This document shows, piece by piece, positions 53,186-62,542 of a DNA stretch of 64,000 bases. Origin of the DNA: Candidatus Thorarchaeota archaeon (lineage in GTDB: Archaea > Asgardarchaeota > Thorarchaeia > Thorarchaeales > Thorarchaeaceae); NCBI GenBank assembly GCA_038893995.1, contig JAWAQK010000001.1:43776-107775 (forward strand), in the 5' to 3' direction. The notes under the pieces are model-generated. The model saw only the letters and a list, made by a program, of their open reading frames with translations. It did not search any database and was not told where the DNA came from. The position numbers and the translations under genes were made by a program. Each line of letters begins with the position of its first letter. Within the stretch, counting starts at the first letter, position 1.

Positions 53186-56100
53186 ATGAGTCCACTATCT
53201 AAGAGGTACGAACCACAAGCAGTAGAGGAAGAAGTGCTCGAGTTCTGGAGCAAGAACCGCATATTTGAGAAGACCGTGAAGATGCGCGAGACAGGTCCCA
53301 GATGGAATTTCCTTGAGGGGCCTCCAACCACGAATGGGTTCATGCATGTGGGCCACGCGCGCGGACGCGCAATGAAGGACGCAAAGATAAGGTACATGAC
53401 AATGAGGGGCTACAACGTCTGGAGACGCGGTGGCTGGGACATGCAGGGACTTCCAGTGGAGCTGGAGGTCGAGAGAAAGGAGGGGATCGAGGAGAAGGGA
53501 GATGTAGAGAAGACCATTGGGCTGGATCTCTTCGTGCGCAAGTGCAAGGAACTTGTGGACTACTACCTCGAGGGATGGGTCAGAGACTCAGTCCGACTTG
53601 GTCTCTGGCTCGACTTTGATACGGCCTACCAGACGAGGAGAGACGACTACATAGAGCATGTCTGGCACTTCGTAAAACTTGCCAGTGAGAAGGGTCTACT
53701 GAGCAGGGGGTATCGTATCAACCCAGTCTGTCCACGATGTGTGACTGCGCTCTCTGGTCACGAAGTCTCACAGGGATACATGACCAAGACAGACCCATCC
53801 ATATACGTGAAGTTCCGACTCGTCAGGAATCCCAGGGAGTATCTCGTCATCTGGACAACCACACCATTCACACTGCTATCGAACGAGATGGTCTCAGTCC
53901 ATCCTGACTATTCATACGCAAAGGTCCATGTCGGAGACGAAGAGTGGTGGATCGCGGAGAGTCTCGTGGAAACGGTCATGTCAAAGGCAGGCGTATCAGA
54001 GTGGAAGGTGGTCACCACTCTTAGGGGAAGTGACATGCTAGGCTGGAAGTACGAACACCCCTTCAAGGACGAGGTCGCGTGGCATTCGGAACATACAGAG
54101 CAGTACATGCATGCCGTCGTGACCGGAGAGCATGTCACCATAGAGGATGGCACAGGACTGGTACACACGGCGCCAGGGTTCGGTCCAGACGACTTCGAGA
54201 TGGGAAAAGAGTATGGAGTACCTGTGTTCTGTCCGGTGACAATGTCGGGGCGCTTCACCAGCGATGTCCCCATGTTCAATGGGATGTCAGTATTTGAAGT
54301 CAACCCGTTAGTACCACCGATGCTCAGGAACAAGGGTCTCCTTGTCAAGGAGGAAACGATCGACCACGAGTATCCTCACTGTTGGAGATGCGACACGCCT
54401 CTCGTCTACCTGGCGGATGCATCACAGTGGTTCTTGAAGATGGAGGGAGTAAGAGACAGGCTCGTGGAGCTTAACAGGCAGATAGACTGGACACCCGAGT
54501 GGGCGGGCACCGGGAGATTCGGTGACTGGTTGGAGAATGCAGATGACTGGTGTATCTCCAGATCTCGTATATGGGGATCGCCTCTACCGGTATGGATCTG
54601 TGAGAGATGCGGGAACGAGATCGTGGTCGGATCGAGAGACGAACTCTCAATGCTGGCGGGGGGACTCCCGGCTGACTTTGAGCTCCACAGACCATGGGTG
54701 GACAGAGTGGACGTCAAGTGCCCCAGGTGCGGCGGGCACGCCAAAAGAGAACCATTCGTGGTGGACTGCTGGCTTGACTCGGGTATGGCGCACACTGCGA
54801 GCGTGGACTATCTGAAGGATCCAAGCCTCTTCAGAGAACTGTTTCCATTTGACTTCATCACAGAAGCGGTCGACCAGTCGAGGGGCTGGTTCTATAGTCT
54901 CCTGTACACATCGGCGGTCATGCACGACGAAACTCCCTTCAAGTCATGCCTGAGTCAGGGGCACGTACTCGACGAGCAGGGAGGGAAGATGAGCAAGTCC
55001 AAGGGCAACGTGGTCTGGGCGGAGAACGCGTTCAGGGATGTGGGTGCGGATCCATTCAGGCTCTTCGTACTGAGTCGATCAGCCCCCTGGTCAGCCATGA
55101 ATTACTCCAGGTCCGAACTGGAATCGGCGACCAAGAACCTGAATATTCTCTGGAATGTGGTCCTGTTCGCAGACACCTACATGACTCTTGACCATTTTCG
55201 GTTTGACAGGGACAGAATGCTGAGAATGTTGCCTAAGGCGGATCTCGAAGACAGATGGCTCGTGTCAAGGACCCAGTCCGCCCTCAAGACGTATCACGAA
55301 TACATGTCACGTCATCTGTTCCACCAGGCGAGCAGGGTCATGCTGGACCTGATAACGGAGGACATAAGCAGGGTCTACCTTCCCCTCGTCAAGAAACGCG
55401 TCTGGCTGGAGAGCAATGATCCGCGAAAGATGATGGCCTACGACGTGATGTACTATGCCCTCCAGGTGGTAACTAGAGCATTCAATGTATTCACACCCTT
55501 CCTGTGCGAAAAACTGCATCAGGACTTCCTCCGTAAGTTCGGCGATAGCGATGTTGAGTCAATCAACATGACGGAAATACCCGATGCTGACATGGACCTG
55601 AACGATCCAGAAGTGGAGAGGGCGTTCGATCTGTTGCAGGAGTTGCGGACGGCCGCCAGCCACGCCCGAAACAAGAGAGGCGTAAAGCTCAGACACCCTG
55701 TCGCATCTGTGATGTTTCTGCCCTCTACTCCCGAGGCCAGAACTGATGCACAGAGACTGTCAGGCATACTGCCAGAGGACCTGAACACCAAGGAGTTCCT
55801 GATACTCGATGAGAGCTCAGTACCATCGTTTGTCAAGGTGGTAGCCAAGCCAAACTTCAAGGTCCTTGGTCCAAGGGTGAGAGACAAGATGAGGCAACTT
55901 GTGGCCTCCCTCGAGAGCACAGATGTGACTTCCCTGCGCAGGGACTTGGAGAAGGGGTCGGCGAGGTTGAGAGTTGGTGACGAGTACATCGAACTTGTGC
56001 CTGGTGACCTGGAGTTCGAGGAGACCATGCCTGATAACATAGGCGTCGCCCAGTGTAGAATGGGCACTGTCTATGTCGATGTCTCGAGGACCAGAGAGCT

Positions 56101-56383
56101 GCTTGCTGAGGGACTCATCAGAGATGTGACCCGAAGAGTCCAGGTGATGAGAAAGGAACTCGACCTCAGCGTGGAACAGTTTGTGAAGATAGCCATCAGG
56201 TTCTCAGACGAGGAATCAAGAGAACTTGCACAGTCATTCACCGACTATCTCTCCAGTGAGACTCGTGCAAGGAGTCTCAAGATCCTTGGACCCAAGGGTC
56301 GGACAAGGTGGAGTGACTTCAAGCACGTCAAGGACTGGGAGATAGAAGATCTGAAGATCAGGATTGGTATGTCACCTGCGTGA
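53186..56383 (+). CDS. ileS: Isoleucyl-tRNA synthetase.
   Basis: HIGH motif PPTTNGFMHVGHARG. KMSKS motif GGKMSKSKGN. CP1 editing domain. C-terminal Zn-binding CxxC pairs. Start taken at the internal ATG (MSPLSKRY). The ORF track starts at 53156. Confidence 0.9.
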   Translation: MSPLSKRYEPQAVEEEVLEFWSKNRIFEKTVKMRETGPRWNFLEGPPTTNGFMHVGHARGRAMKDAKIRYMTMRGYNVWRRGGWDMQGLPVELEVERKEGIEEKGDVEKTIGLDLFVRKCKELVDYYLEGWVRDSVRLGLWLDFDTAYQTRRDDYIEHVWHFVKLASEKGLLSRGYRINPVCPRCVTALSGHEVSQGYMTKTDPSIYVKFRLVRNPREYLVIWTTTPFTLLSNEMVSVHPDYSYAKVHVGDEEWWIAESLVETVMSKAGVSEWKVVTTLRGSDMLGWKYEHPFKDEVAWHSEHTEQYMHAVVTGEHVTIEDGTGLVHTAPGFGPDDFEMGKEYGVPVFCPVTMSGRFTSDVPMFNGMSVFEVNPLVPPMLRNKGLLVKEETIDHEYPHCWRCDTPLVYLADASQWFLKMEGVRDRLVELNRQIDWTPEWAGTGRFGDWLENADDWCISRSRIWGSPLPVWICERCGNEIVVGSRDELSMLAGGLPADFELHRPWVDRVDVKCPRCGGHAKREPFVVDCWLDSGMAHTASVDYLKDPSLFRELFPFDFITEAVDQSRGWFYSLLYTSAVMHDETPFKSCLSQGHVLDEQGGKMSKSKGNVVWAENAFRDVGADPFRLFVLSRSAPWSAMNYSRSELESATKNLNILWNVVLFADTYMTLDHFRFDRDRMLRMLPKADLEDRWLVSRTQSALKTYHEYMSRHLFHQASRVMLDLITEDISRVYLPLVKKRVWLESNDPRKMMAYDVMYYALQVVTRAFNVFTPFLCEKLHQDFLRKFGDSDVESINMTEIPDADMDLNDPEVERAFDLLQELRTAASHARNKRGVKLRHPVASVMFLPSTPEARTDAQRLSGILPEDLNTKEFLILDESSVPSFVKVVAKPNFKVLGPRVRDKMRQLVASLESTDVTSLRRDLEKGSARLRVGDEYIELVPGDLEFEETMPDNIGVAQCRMGTVYVDVSRTRELLAEGLIRDVTRRVQVMRKELDLSVEQFVKIAIRFSDEESRELAQSFTDYLSSETRARSLKILGPKGRTRWSDFKHVKDWEIEDLKIRIGMSPA

Positions 56384-56392
56384 GGGCCCCTG

Positions 56393-57706
56393 TTAGTGGA
56401 GCAGACCCTCTATCAGCCGTTGGAACATCCGACCATTCTCCTCCACTGACCTGAGGGAGACCCACTCATTTGGACCGTGGATGTTTCCGCCAACTGGACC
56501 AAAGTCAAAGACCTGGGCATGGCGGTGGAAGTACCTGGAGTCAGAGGCACCGTAGCCCTCGACAAGGGAGTACCGAATTCCCTCAGCCTCGGCTGCTTGC
56601 CGAGCTGCTCTGATCAGTGGTGAGTTCGGGTCAGAGCACACACAGCCAGCACCAGCACTGACAGTCAGACTCTCAGGAACCACATACAGCTCAAGTGCTC
56701 TGGCAACAGCCTCTCGAAGCGGTTCCCCGTCATCAGTCATGGCTCGGACATCGAAGTACAGGTCCCATAGGCCATTTTCATAACGCATGACGTTTGGAGA
56801 GATTGTCGTTCCCCTGTCAGAGTGCTGGGTCGGGAAGTTGACATGCGAGACCGGAAGAAGTGACCTCATCAGGCCCGTGAGTCCCGCGTCGTACTGACAC
56901 TCAGTCCCACCGGAGTCCTCATGCACCACGTCTAGTTCCACCCAGTCGGGTACCACATTCGACTTCACAAACGACCCACGGATGTCTCTTACCACCGTAT
57001 GGGGATTTAGGTCAAGATATTTCGATGCTGCAAGCATCGAGTGTCTGTCTACACCTCTCTGCATGTAGGCAGAATGTCTTGACTCGTTTCCGAAAGTCTC
57101 AGTATGGATCCTGATAGTCTCATTCACGCCGGTGATGGTCCGAATGGAGCTCTTCACGCTGATTCGAACAGACATTGCGTTTCGTCTTCTGAAGATTATC
57201 TGTTGACCGATGCCATCTGCGACAACGACATAGTCCGGACTTGACCCGGTTTCTTTCAAGTGAGCCGCGAGATACCCGGCACCCGAAGAGCCACCAACCT
57301 CCTCATCGCCAGTGACTGCAAACAGGATCCTACATCCCGGTGTCTTGCGACATACGCTCTCAGCAGTGATCAGTAGTGAAACAATATTCCCCTTGTCATC
57401 ACAAGTTCCACGACCATATGCTCGGTCGCCCTCGACAACAAGATCAAAGGGATTCGTATTCCAGCCTTCGCCGATTGGGACTGTGTCGAAGTGTGCCAGA
57501 AAGAGGATTGTAGGGCAACCCGCGCCCACGCGACCCAGCACTGAATACACGCCTCCGTGCTCGAGCATCTCCGCCTCGAGACCGAGTTCCCTGAACCGCG
57601 AGAGTATGTGGAGGGGACACTCACGTCCGGGCCTGATACCATTGGCCGGGTCACTGACGGTATTGAAAGCCACGAGATCCCTCAGTTCCATCTTGACGTC
57701 CGTCAT
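56393..57706 (-). CDS. M20-family metallopeptidase/deacylase (ArgE/DapE/CPG2-like).
   Basis: HFDTVPIGEGWNTNPF and GRGTCDDKGNIV match the M20 metal-binding/catalytic blocks. 437 aa. Confidence 0.7.
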   Translation of the reverse strand: MTDVKMELRDLVAFNTVSDPANGIRPGRECPLHILSRFRELGLEAEMLEHGGVYSVLGRVGAGCPTILFLAHFDTVPIGEGWNTNPFDLVVEGDRAYGRGTCDDKGNIVSLLITAESVCRKTPGCRILFAVTGDEEVGGSSGAGYLAAHLKETGSSPDYVVVADGIGQQIIFRRRNAMSVRISVKSSIRTITGVNETIRIHTETFGNESRHSAYMQRGVDRHSMLAASKYLDLNPHTVVRDIRGSFVKSNVVPDWVELDVVHEDSGGTECQYDAGLTGLMRSLLPVSHVNFPTQHSDRGTTISPNVMRYENGLWDLYFDVRAMTDDGEPLREAVARALELYVVPESLTVSAGAGCVCSDPNSPLIRAARQAAEAEGIRYSLVEGYGASDSRYFHRHAQVFDFGPVGGNIHGPNEWVSLRSVEENGRMFQRLIEGLLH

Positions 57707-57887
57707 TCTGACGTGGACAGGGGTGGCACCCGTATATCAACCGCTCGATGACAGTAGAGGAAGTCGCATCTATATCTGAAATGCACATGCATTAGGACTG
57801 TGTCTGAGCAGATGCTCTACAGAGTCCTCTGGTCACTTGGAACGAGGGAAGAGACACCGGGGAGCCCGACTTCAGGCTCCACTCGGC

Positions 57888-60113
57888 CTAACCAGTACGC
57901 TTGTAGACGAATCGAGACCAGTTGCTAATGGTCGGAACTTCAGCTGGCAGATTCTTCCTCTTTCGGATGTCGGCTATCTTCGACTCACTCAGATGGGACG
58001 GTAGCGGTTCGAACCCGCGGAACTCGTATCCAAAGAAGCTTCTGCCTGACGTCGCGCCACGAAACTCATCCGCGATACCGATGGTCTCTGCGGTAGGCAA
58101 GGTCCCTCTGACTGTTACTGTATCCTCCTCTGCATCGATGGTGAGAATCTGTCCCCTGTGGCCGGTCAAGACCTTGATCACCTGCCCCTGAGTGTCTGTA
58201 GGGGTCTTGATGTCCACGTTCAGGACGGGTTCGAACAGCACAGGGGCTCCGGTCAGAAACGACATGTTGAGTGCCGCTCCAGTCATCGTTGCAACTTCGC
58301 TGTAACCCGTGTGGGCAGGATCAGTGTGTATTGTGGCATCTGTAATGACTGCTTTTACGCCCATGACGGGCTCGCGTGCCAGTGGACCCCCATCAATGAA
58401 TTCCCTGAACGTCGCCTGGACATACGGAAAGATCCGATCAAATCGCTGCACTCCAGTCATTGCGTCAATGAGCATCGACGTCTCGTATATGTCAATGATC
58501 TTTCGGGCCTCCTTCGGGTCCCATCCTGCCTCTGCACGAAGTATCTCTGCCCTGTCCTTTGCGTTCTGTTCCGCAGTGATCTTCTTCTTGCGAATTAGCT
58601 CGAGAGTCTTCTCGTCCAGTGGCTCGAGGTACATCTTGATGCGGTTGTGACCGTTTGGTGACTTGGTGTGGAACTCCTCGCCGCGCTGAGTCATGCGTTC
58701 CCTGTAAACTATGATGGGCTCTGAGACCTTGATCTTGACCTGCTCGTCGATTCGCTTGGTCAATATCTCGATCTGAAGCGGGTCAATACCATCAAGGCGA
58801 TACTCTCCTGACTCCTTGTCGTGAACGAACCGAGCAGTAGGATCAGCCATGATCCACTTGGAAACGACCTCGCCAAGTCTGGCTATGTCCTGTGGGTCCA
58901 CGGGCTTTATGCTCCTGCTAACTACCGGCTCACAGACGTACTCTATGGCCTCGAAGCCGGGGATATCAGAGTCTGGGTCAACAAAAGACTCACCCGAGGG
59001 ACACATGAATCCAAAGATCGAGAACAGGTTGCCTGCAGGTACTTCGTCAATGTCAAGGATATCAGTTATCTCCTGGACACCAAGCCTGCGCACTCGGGCG
59101 TTCTGTTTCATATTGACTAGTCTGATCTCCTGACCTGACCTCAGGGTGCCCGAGAAGAGACGACCAATGAGGGTGGGCCTCTTGCTCTTGGGATCTACGA
59201 ATATCTTCGTTATCATACCGACAAGGGGTCCCTTCGGATCGCAGTTCAATAGTGCCTGACCCGCAGGACTATTCAGGTCACCTCTCCATATTCGCGGAAT
59301 CTTGTACTTCTGGGCCTCCCTGGGGTTTGGCAGGTGCTTGACTATCATCTCGAGTAGGGCATCGTCAAGCGGTAAGTTCTCCCTGAGCCATCTGTCGTCG
59401 CCAGACTGATACTTCTCAAAGACGACCATAGGATTGACGTTCTTCCTCCTGAGGACGTTGGACGTGAAGGCCCATCCAGTCTTGGCGCTACCTATGGCAA
59501 CACTGCCTGCCTGGAAGCTCACCTGCCAGTCCTTTGCATGCTCGGGCGGTGCCACCTTTCTGATCAGCTCGTTGACCTTGGCAATGATCGCATCAATACG
59601 TTCTGATACTTTCTTGGGTGGTAGCTTCAGCTCATTGATTAGTCTGTCGACCTTGTTGACGAAAAGGACTGGTTTGCAACCCTCACCACCCACTGAGAGA
59701 CGGATGTTTGTTTCAGTCTGGGTCATGACACCCTCGAGTGCGTCCACCAGCAGAACAACACCATCACTGGCACGCAACGCGCGTGACACCTCGCCAGTGA
59801 AGGACAGGTGACCTGGCGTGTCCGAGAGCTGAACTAGGTACTCCTCTCCGTCGATCTCAAAGTTCAGCAGCACTACGGATGTGAATATCGTGATACCTCG
59901 GGCCTTCTCTTCCTCATCACTGTCAGTGAGTAGGGCCTGACCAGCCTGTGCATCGCTCATGAGACCTGCTGCACGCAGAAGATAGTCTGACGTAGTCGTC
60001 TTGCCATGATCAATATGTGCACTGATCGATATTATCCGCTTGTGCTCAAAGTCGTCAGACTTGATGAGATTCTTGATGGCCTCAGGATCCTTGATCTTGA
60101 CCAATGTGTTCAC
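57888..60113 (-). CDS. fusA: Translation elongation factor 2 (aEF-2), the canonical-type paralog.
   Basis: AHIDHGKTT, DTPGH, NKVDR. Five-domain layout. Domain IV reads DATIHTDPAHTGYSEV. No in-frame ATG upstream of the G-domain. A GTG start at 60113 gives a typical roughly 30-aa lead before G1. The ORF track runs to 60182, also from GTG. Confidence 0.8.
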   Translation of the reverse strand: MNTLVKIKDPEAIKNLIKSDDFEHKRIISISAHIDHGKTTTSDYLLRAAGLMSDAQAGQALLTDSDEEEKARGITIFTSVVLLNFEIDGEEYLVQLSDTPGHLSFTGEVSRALRASDGVVLLVDALEGVMTQTETNIRLSVGGEGCKPVLFVNKVDRLINELKLPPKKVSERIDAIIAKVNELIRKVAPPEHAKDWQVSFQAGSVAIGSAKTGWAFTSNVLRRKNVNPMVVFEKYQSGDDRWLRENLPLDDALLEMIVKHLPNPREAQKYKIPRIWRGDLNSPAGQALLNCDPKGPLVGMITKIFVDPKSKRPTLIGRLFSGTLRSGQEIRLVNMKQNARVRRLGVQEITDILDIDEVPAGNLFSIFGFMCPSGESFVDPDSDIPGFEAIEYVCEPVVSRSIKPVDPQDIARLGEVVSKWIMADPTARFVHDKESGEYRLDGIDPLQIEILTKRIDEQVKIKVSEPIIVYRERMTQRGEEFHTKSPNGHNRIKMYLEPLDEKTLELIRKKKITAEQNAKDRAEILRAEAGWDPKEARKIIDIYETSMLIDAMTGVQRFDRIFPYVQATFREFIDGGPLAREPVMGVKAVITDATIHTDPAHTGYSEVATMTGAALNMSFLTGAPVLFEPVLNVDIKTPTDTQGQVIKVLTGHRGQILTIDAEEDTVTVRGTLPTAETIGIADEFRGATSGRSFFGYEFRGFEPLPSHLSESKIADIRKRKNLPAEVPTISNWSRFVYKRTG

Positions 60114-60686
60114 CTTGGAATTACTTCGACAACCCCCATCACACAACAGGCCAGCTGCGAAGAAGTCTGGCGGGGGAACCACGTGGGCGTGGCACTTGGA
60201 GCGACGTCCAGACTATCCAATAAAAGATTATCGTCATGACTCGAGGAATTCAGGACGGCTCCAGTCGCGAGAGGCCATATGTCGTTTCTACGACCATGAG
60301 ACATGACTGCAGAGCACTCACTGAATAGGAACACATAATCTAGAGTGGTCCGACATATGGCCGCAGGTTTAGATGTATGCGGGACAGTGACCACCAGAGT
60401 GGAGCGACCCGCACCTGTCGTTCTCGCCGGGAGGGAAGCAGACTTGACCAACAGGAAGTATACGTCCAGTAAGGACTACGGGTCGTATCTCCGTCGGAGG
60501 AGACTTATAACTTACCTATAAAGATATTCTTCTGAGCATTGGGGGAACGATCTGTCGCAAAATCGAGGAGCCACTCAAGACAGTTTGGAAGTATCGGCAC
60601 GAGTCAGGGACCCCAACTCGAGAACGATTCTGGAGGCCTAGCTGAGCTGAGGCTGCGAGAAGGACATCACAAAACGAACAGTTGAA

Positions 60687-60762
60687 TGGTAGCCCCGCCA
60701 GGATTCGAACCTGGGTCAATGGATCCAGAGTCCATTGTGCTTGACCACTACACTACGGGGCT
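60687..60762 (-). tRNA. tRNA-Gln (anticodon CUG) with genomically encoded CCA.
   Basis: The reverse complement folds as a canonical cloverleaf: acceptor AGCCCCG/CGGGGCT, anticodon stem ATGGA/TCCAT with loop CTCTGGA (U33, anticodon CTG, G37), T-arm CCAGG-TTCGAAT-CCTGG, discriminator A, then CCA. 76 nt. Confidence 0.85.
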
Positions 60763-60805
60763 ATCATCAGGAGATCCAGGATGGACCTGGCCTAGCGTAC
60801 CTGCC

Positions 60806-60820
60806 AGTGATTTAATAACT
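60806..60820 (-). promoter_or_regulatory. Putative TATA-like element upstream of tRNA-Gln.
   Basis: The minus-strand reading GAGTTATTAAATCA (TTATTAAAT) lies about 45-55 nt upstream of the tRNA 5' end. The spacing is somewhat long, hence the low confidence. Confidence 0.2.
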
Positions 60821-60875
60821 CTTGCGCAGCGAGTATGCGCATCGACAATCAGCTGCGGGGACGAGAACCGGAACT

Positions 60876-61610
60876 ATGCCAAGATGGACAGAGCTGACGC
60901 ACCTGAGTTTTGTCAAGGCGATATCAGGCACCAGGGTCGCCATTCTTCCCACTGGATCCCTGGAGGCCCACGGAAATCACCTGCCTCTTGGTACCGACAC
61001 AATACTGCCGGAGTACCTTGCTGACAGGGTGAGCCGAAGGACGCATGCGCTGGTACTGCCGCCCATCCCATTCGGCGACAGCTGGGCCCTTGAGGGGTTT
61101 GCCGGTACCGTGACTGTAAGGCACCAGACGCTGGTCGAGTTCTACTGCGAGGTCATGGAGAGCATCTTCAGGAACGGCCTGAGCAGAATCGTCGTCCTGA
61201 ACGGTCACGGGGGTAACACGTCTGCGATAGAGTCTGCTGCGAAGACTGCCACCCAGGACAACGACAGGATCGTGGTGATAGTCAACTGGTGGGTGGACCT
61301 CGCCAAGGAAACCAGACGCGAGGTCCTAGAGACCCCGGAGGGACACGCTGCTGAGGACGAAACTTCCGAACTCATGTATGTCAGGCCGGACCTCGTCGAC
61401 ATGACTGACCTGAAGTCAAGTACAGTACTGATGAGATACCGGGTGATATCAGCAGAGCATAGGAATGACCTCTATCGGTACGCTGCAAGTGGTGATCCAG
61501 GGAAGGCCAACCCGGAAAAAGGAAAAAGGATTCTCGAGTCTGCCGAGGACGAACTGGTGCATCTCGTGGAGGATCTTGAACGCGACCTCCTGCCCGTTGA
61601 GAGAGGCTAG
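60876..61610 (+). CDS. Creatininase-family amidohydrolase.
   Basis: VAILPTGSLEAHGNHLPLGTD and VLNGHGGN match creatininase-family metal-binding motifs. Start at the internal ATG 60876, so the ORF no longer overlaps the tRNA. Confidence 0.65.
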   Translation: MPRWTELTHLSFVKAISGTRVAILPTGSLEAHGNHLPLGTDTILPEYLADRVSRRTHALVLPPIPFGDSWALEGFAGTVTVRHQTLVEFYCEVMESIFRNGLSRIVVLNGHGGNTSAIESAAKTATQDNDRIVVIVNWWVDLAKETRREVLETPEGHAAEDETSELMYVRPDLVDMTDLKSSTVLMRYRVISAEHRNDLYRYAASGDPGKANPEKGKRILESAEDELVHLVEDLERDLLPVERG

Positions 61611-62440
61611 AGACCCACCTTGAAGATCAGGGCATCACGGAGTATTCTTTGAAACATCCTCACGAGGTTCTTTCCCTCTGTGGCTACGGTCGGAAAGACC
61701 GGATGGGCCTCCAGGCCGAGCAGACTCATCATGTAGTCGATTGGAAGCGCGTTTGGCAGGTCCCTCTTGTTGAGTGCCACGACGAGGGGTATGGTCGCCA
61801 TCCTGTCGGTCCCCAGAGCCATTCTCAGCTCCTCTATGGATGCTATGTTCTCATTCATGGACTCAGGACGGGAATCAGCCATGAATATTATGCCATCTGC
61901 GTCCTTCAGAACGAAGATACGATTCTGAGCGTGTCGTCTCTGACCAGGGACCGTGAACACATCAAAGACCACTCTCTCGTTGGCGGACACGGGTACGAAA
62001 TCGAAGAAGGTCGTACGTCCGAGCTCATCCATCACTTCGACCAGTCGACTCTTGGAGAGTGTCCTCAGATTTGCAAAGAGCCACCTCAACGCGGTTGTCT
62101 TTCCCGACAGTGAGGGCCCGTAGAAGACGATCTTGATATGGAGCCGGCCAGCGCTGTCGCGCTTCAACAACCTTCCTGGGACCAGCTCAGCTGTGCTCAT
62201 TGGCTCAATACCAGCAGTCTGAGCCCTTGCCATCGTGGCAGATACGTCCATGATATCTTCATGTGTTGCGACCAGTGTACCAGCAGGGGTCAGGGGAGTT
62301 CTTGCCTCGGGAGAGACTGACGGAGAAGACTCTACAACATGGGTCTCTCCAGGGGGAGAACTGGTCTCTACACTAGTTTCTTCGGGCTTGGCCTCGGGGG
62401 CACGTCTCCTGCCCAACCGGGCCGCCAACCAACGAATCAC
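61607..62440 (-). CDS. mglA: MglA-family small GTPase with a Pro/Ser/Glu-rich N-terminal extension.
   Basis: KIVFYGPSLSGKTT (compare MglA KIVYYGPGLCGKTT), TTFFDFVPVS, TVPGQ, NKRDLPNA, all MglA hallmarks. An N-terminal extension of about 110 aa of low-complexity sequence follows if the start is 62440. Alternative starts are at 62251 and 62200. Confidence 0.7.
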   Translation of the reverse strand: MIRWLAARLGRRRAPEAKPEETSVETSSPPGETHVVESSPSVSPEARTPLTPAGTLVATHEDIMDVSATMARAQTAGIEPMSTAELVPGRLLKRDSAGRLHIKIVFYGPSLSGKTTALRWLFANLRTLSKSRLVEVMDELGRTTFFDFVPVSANERVVFDVFTVPGQRRHAQNRIFVLKDADGIIFMADSRPESMNENIASIEELRMALGTDRMATIPLVVALNKRDLPNALPIDYMMSLLGLEAHPVFPTVATEGKNLVRMFQRILRDALIFKVGL

Positions 62441-62542
62441 GGCGCTCCTCTCCGTAACCTAAAACGGATGGCCATGTTTTAAAACTTCGTCAGATAGTGT
62501 CCGAGTGATGTTTATCAGTACGGAGGCCTAGCGGGTAGCACC

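Noticed and set aside
60686-61024. 112-aa + strand ORF beginning inside the tRNA-Gln gene.
   Set aside because: It overlaps the tRNA and is in a different frame from the creatininase-family gene, which has clear motifs.
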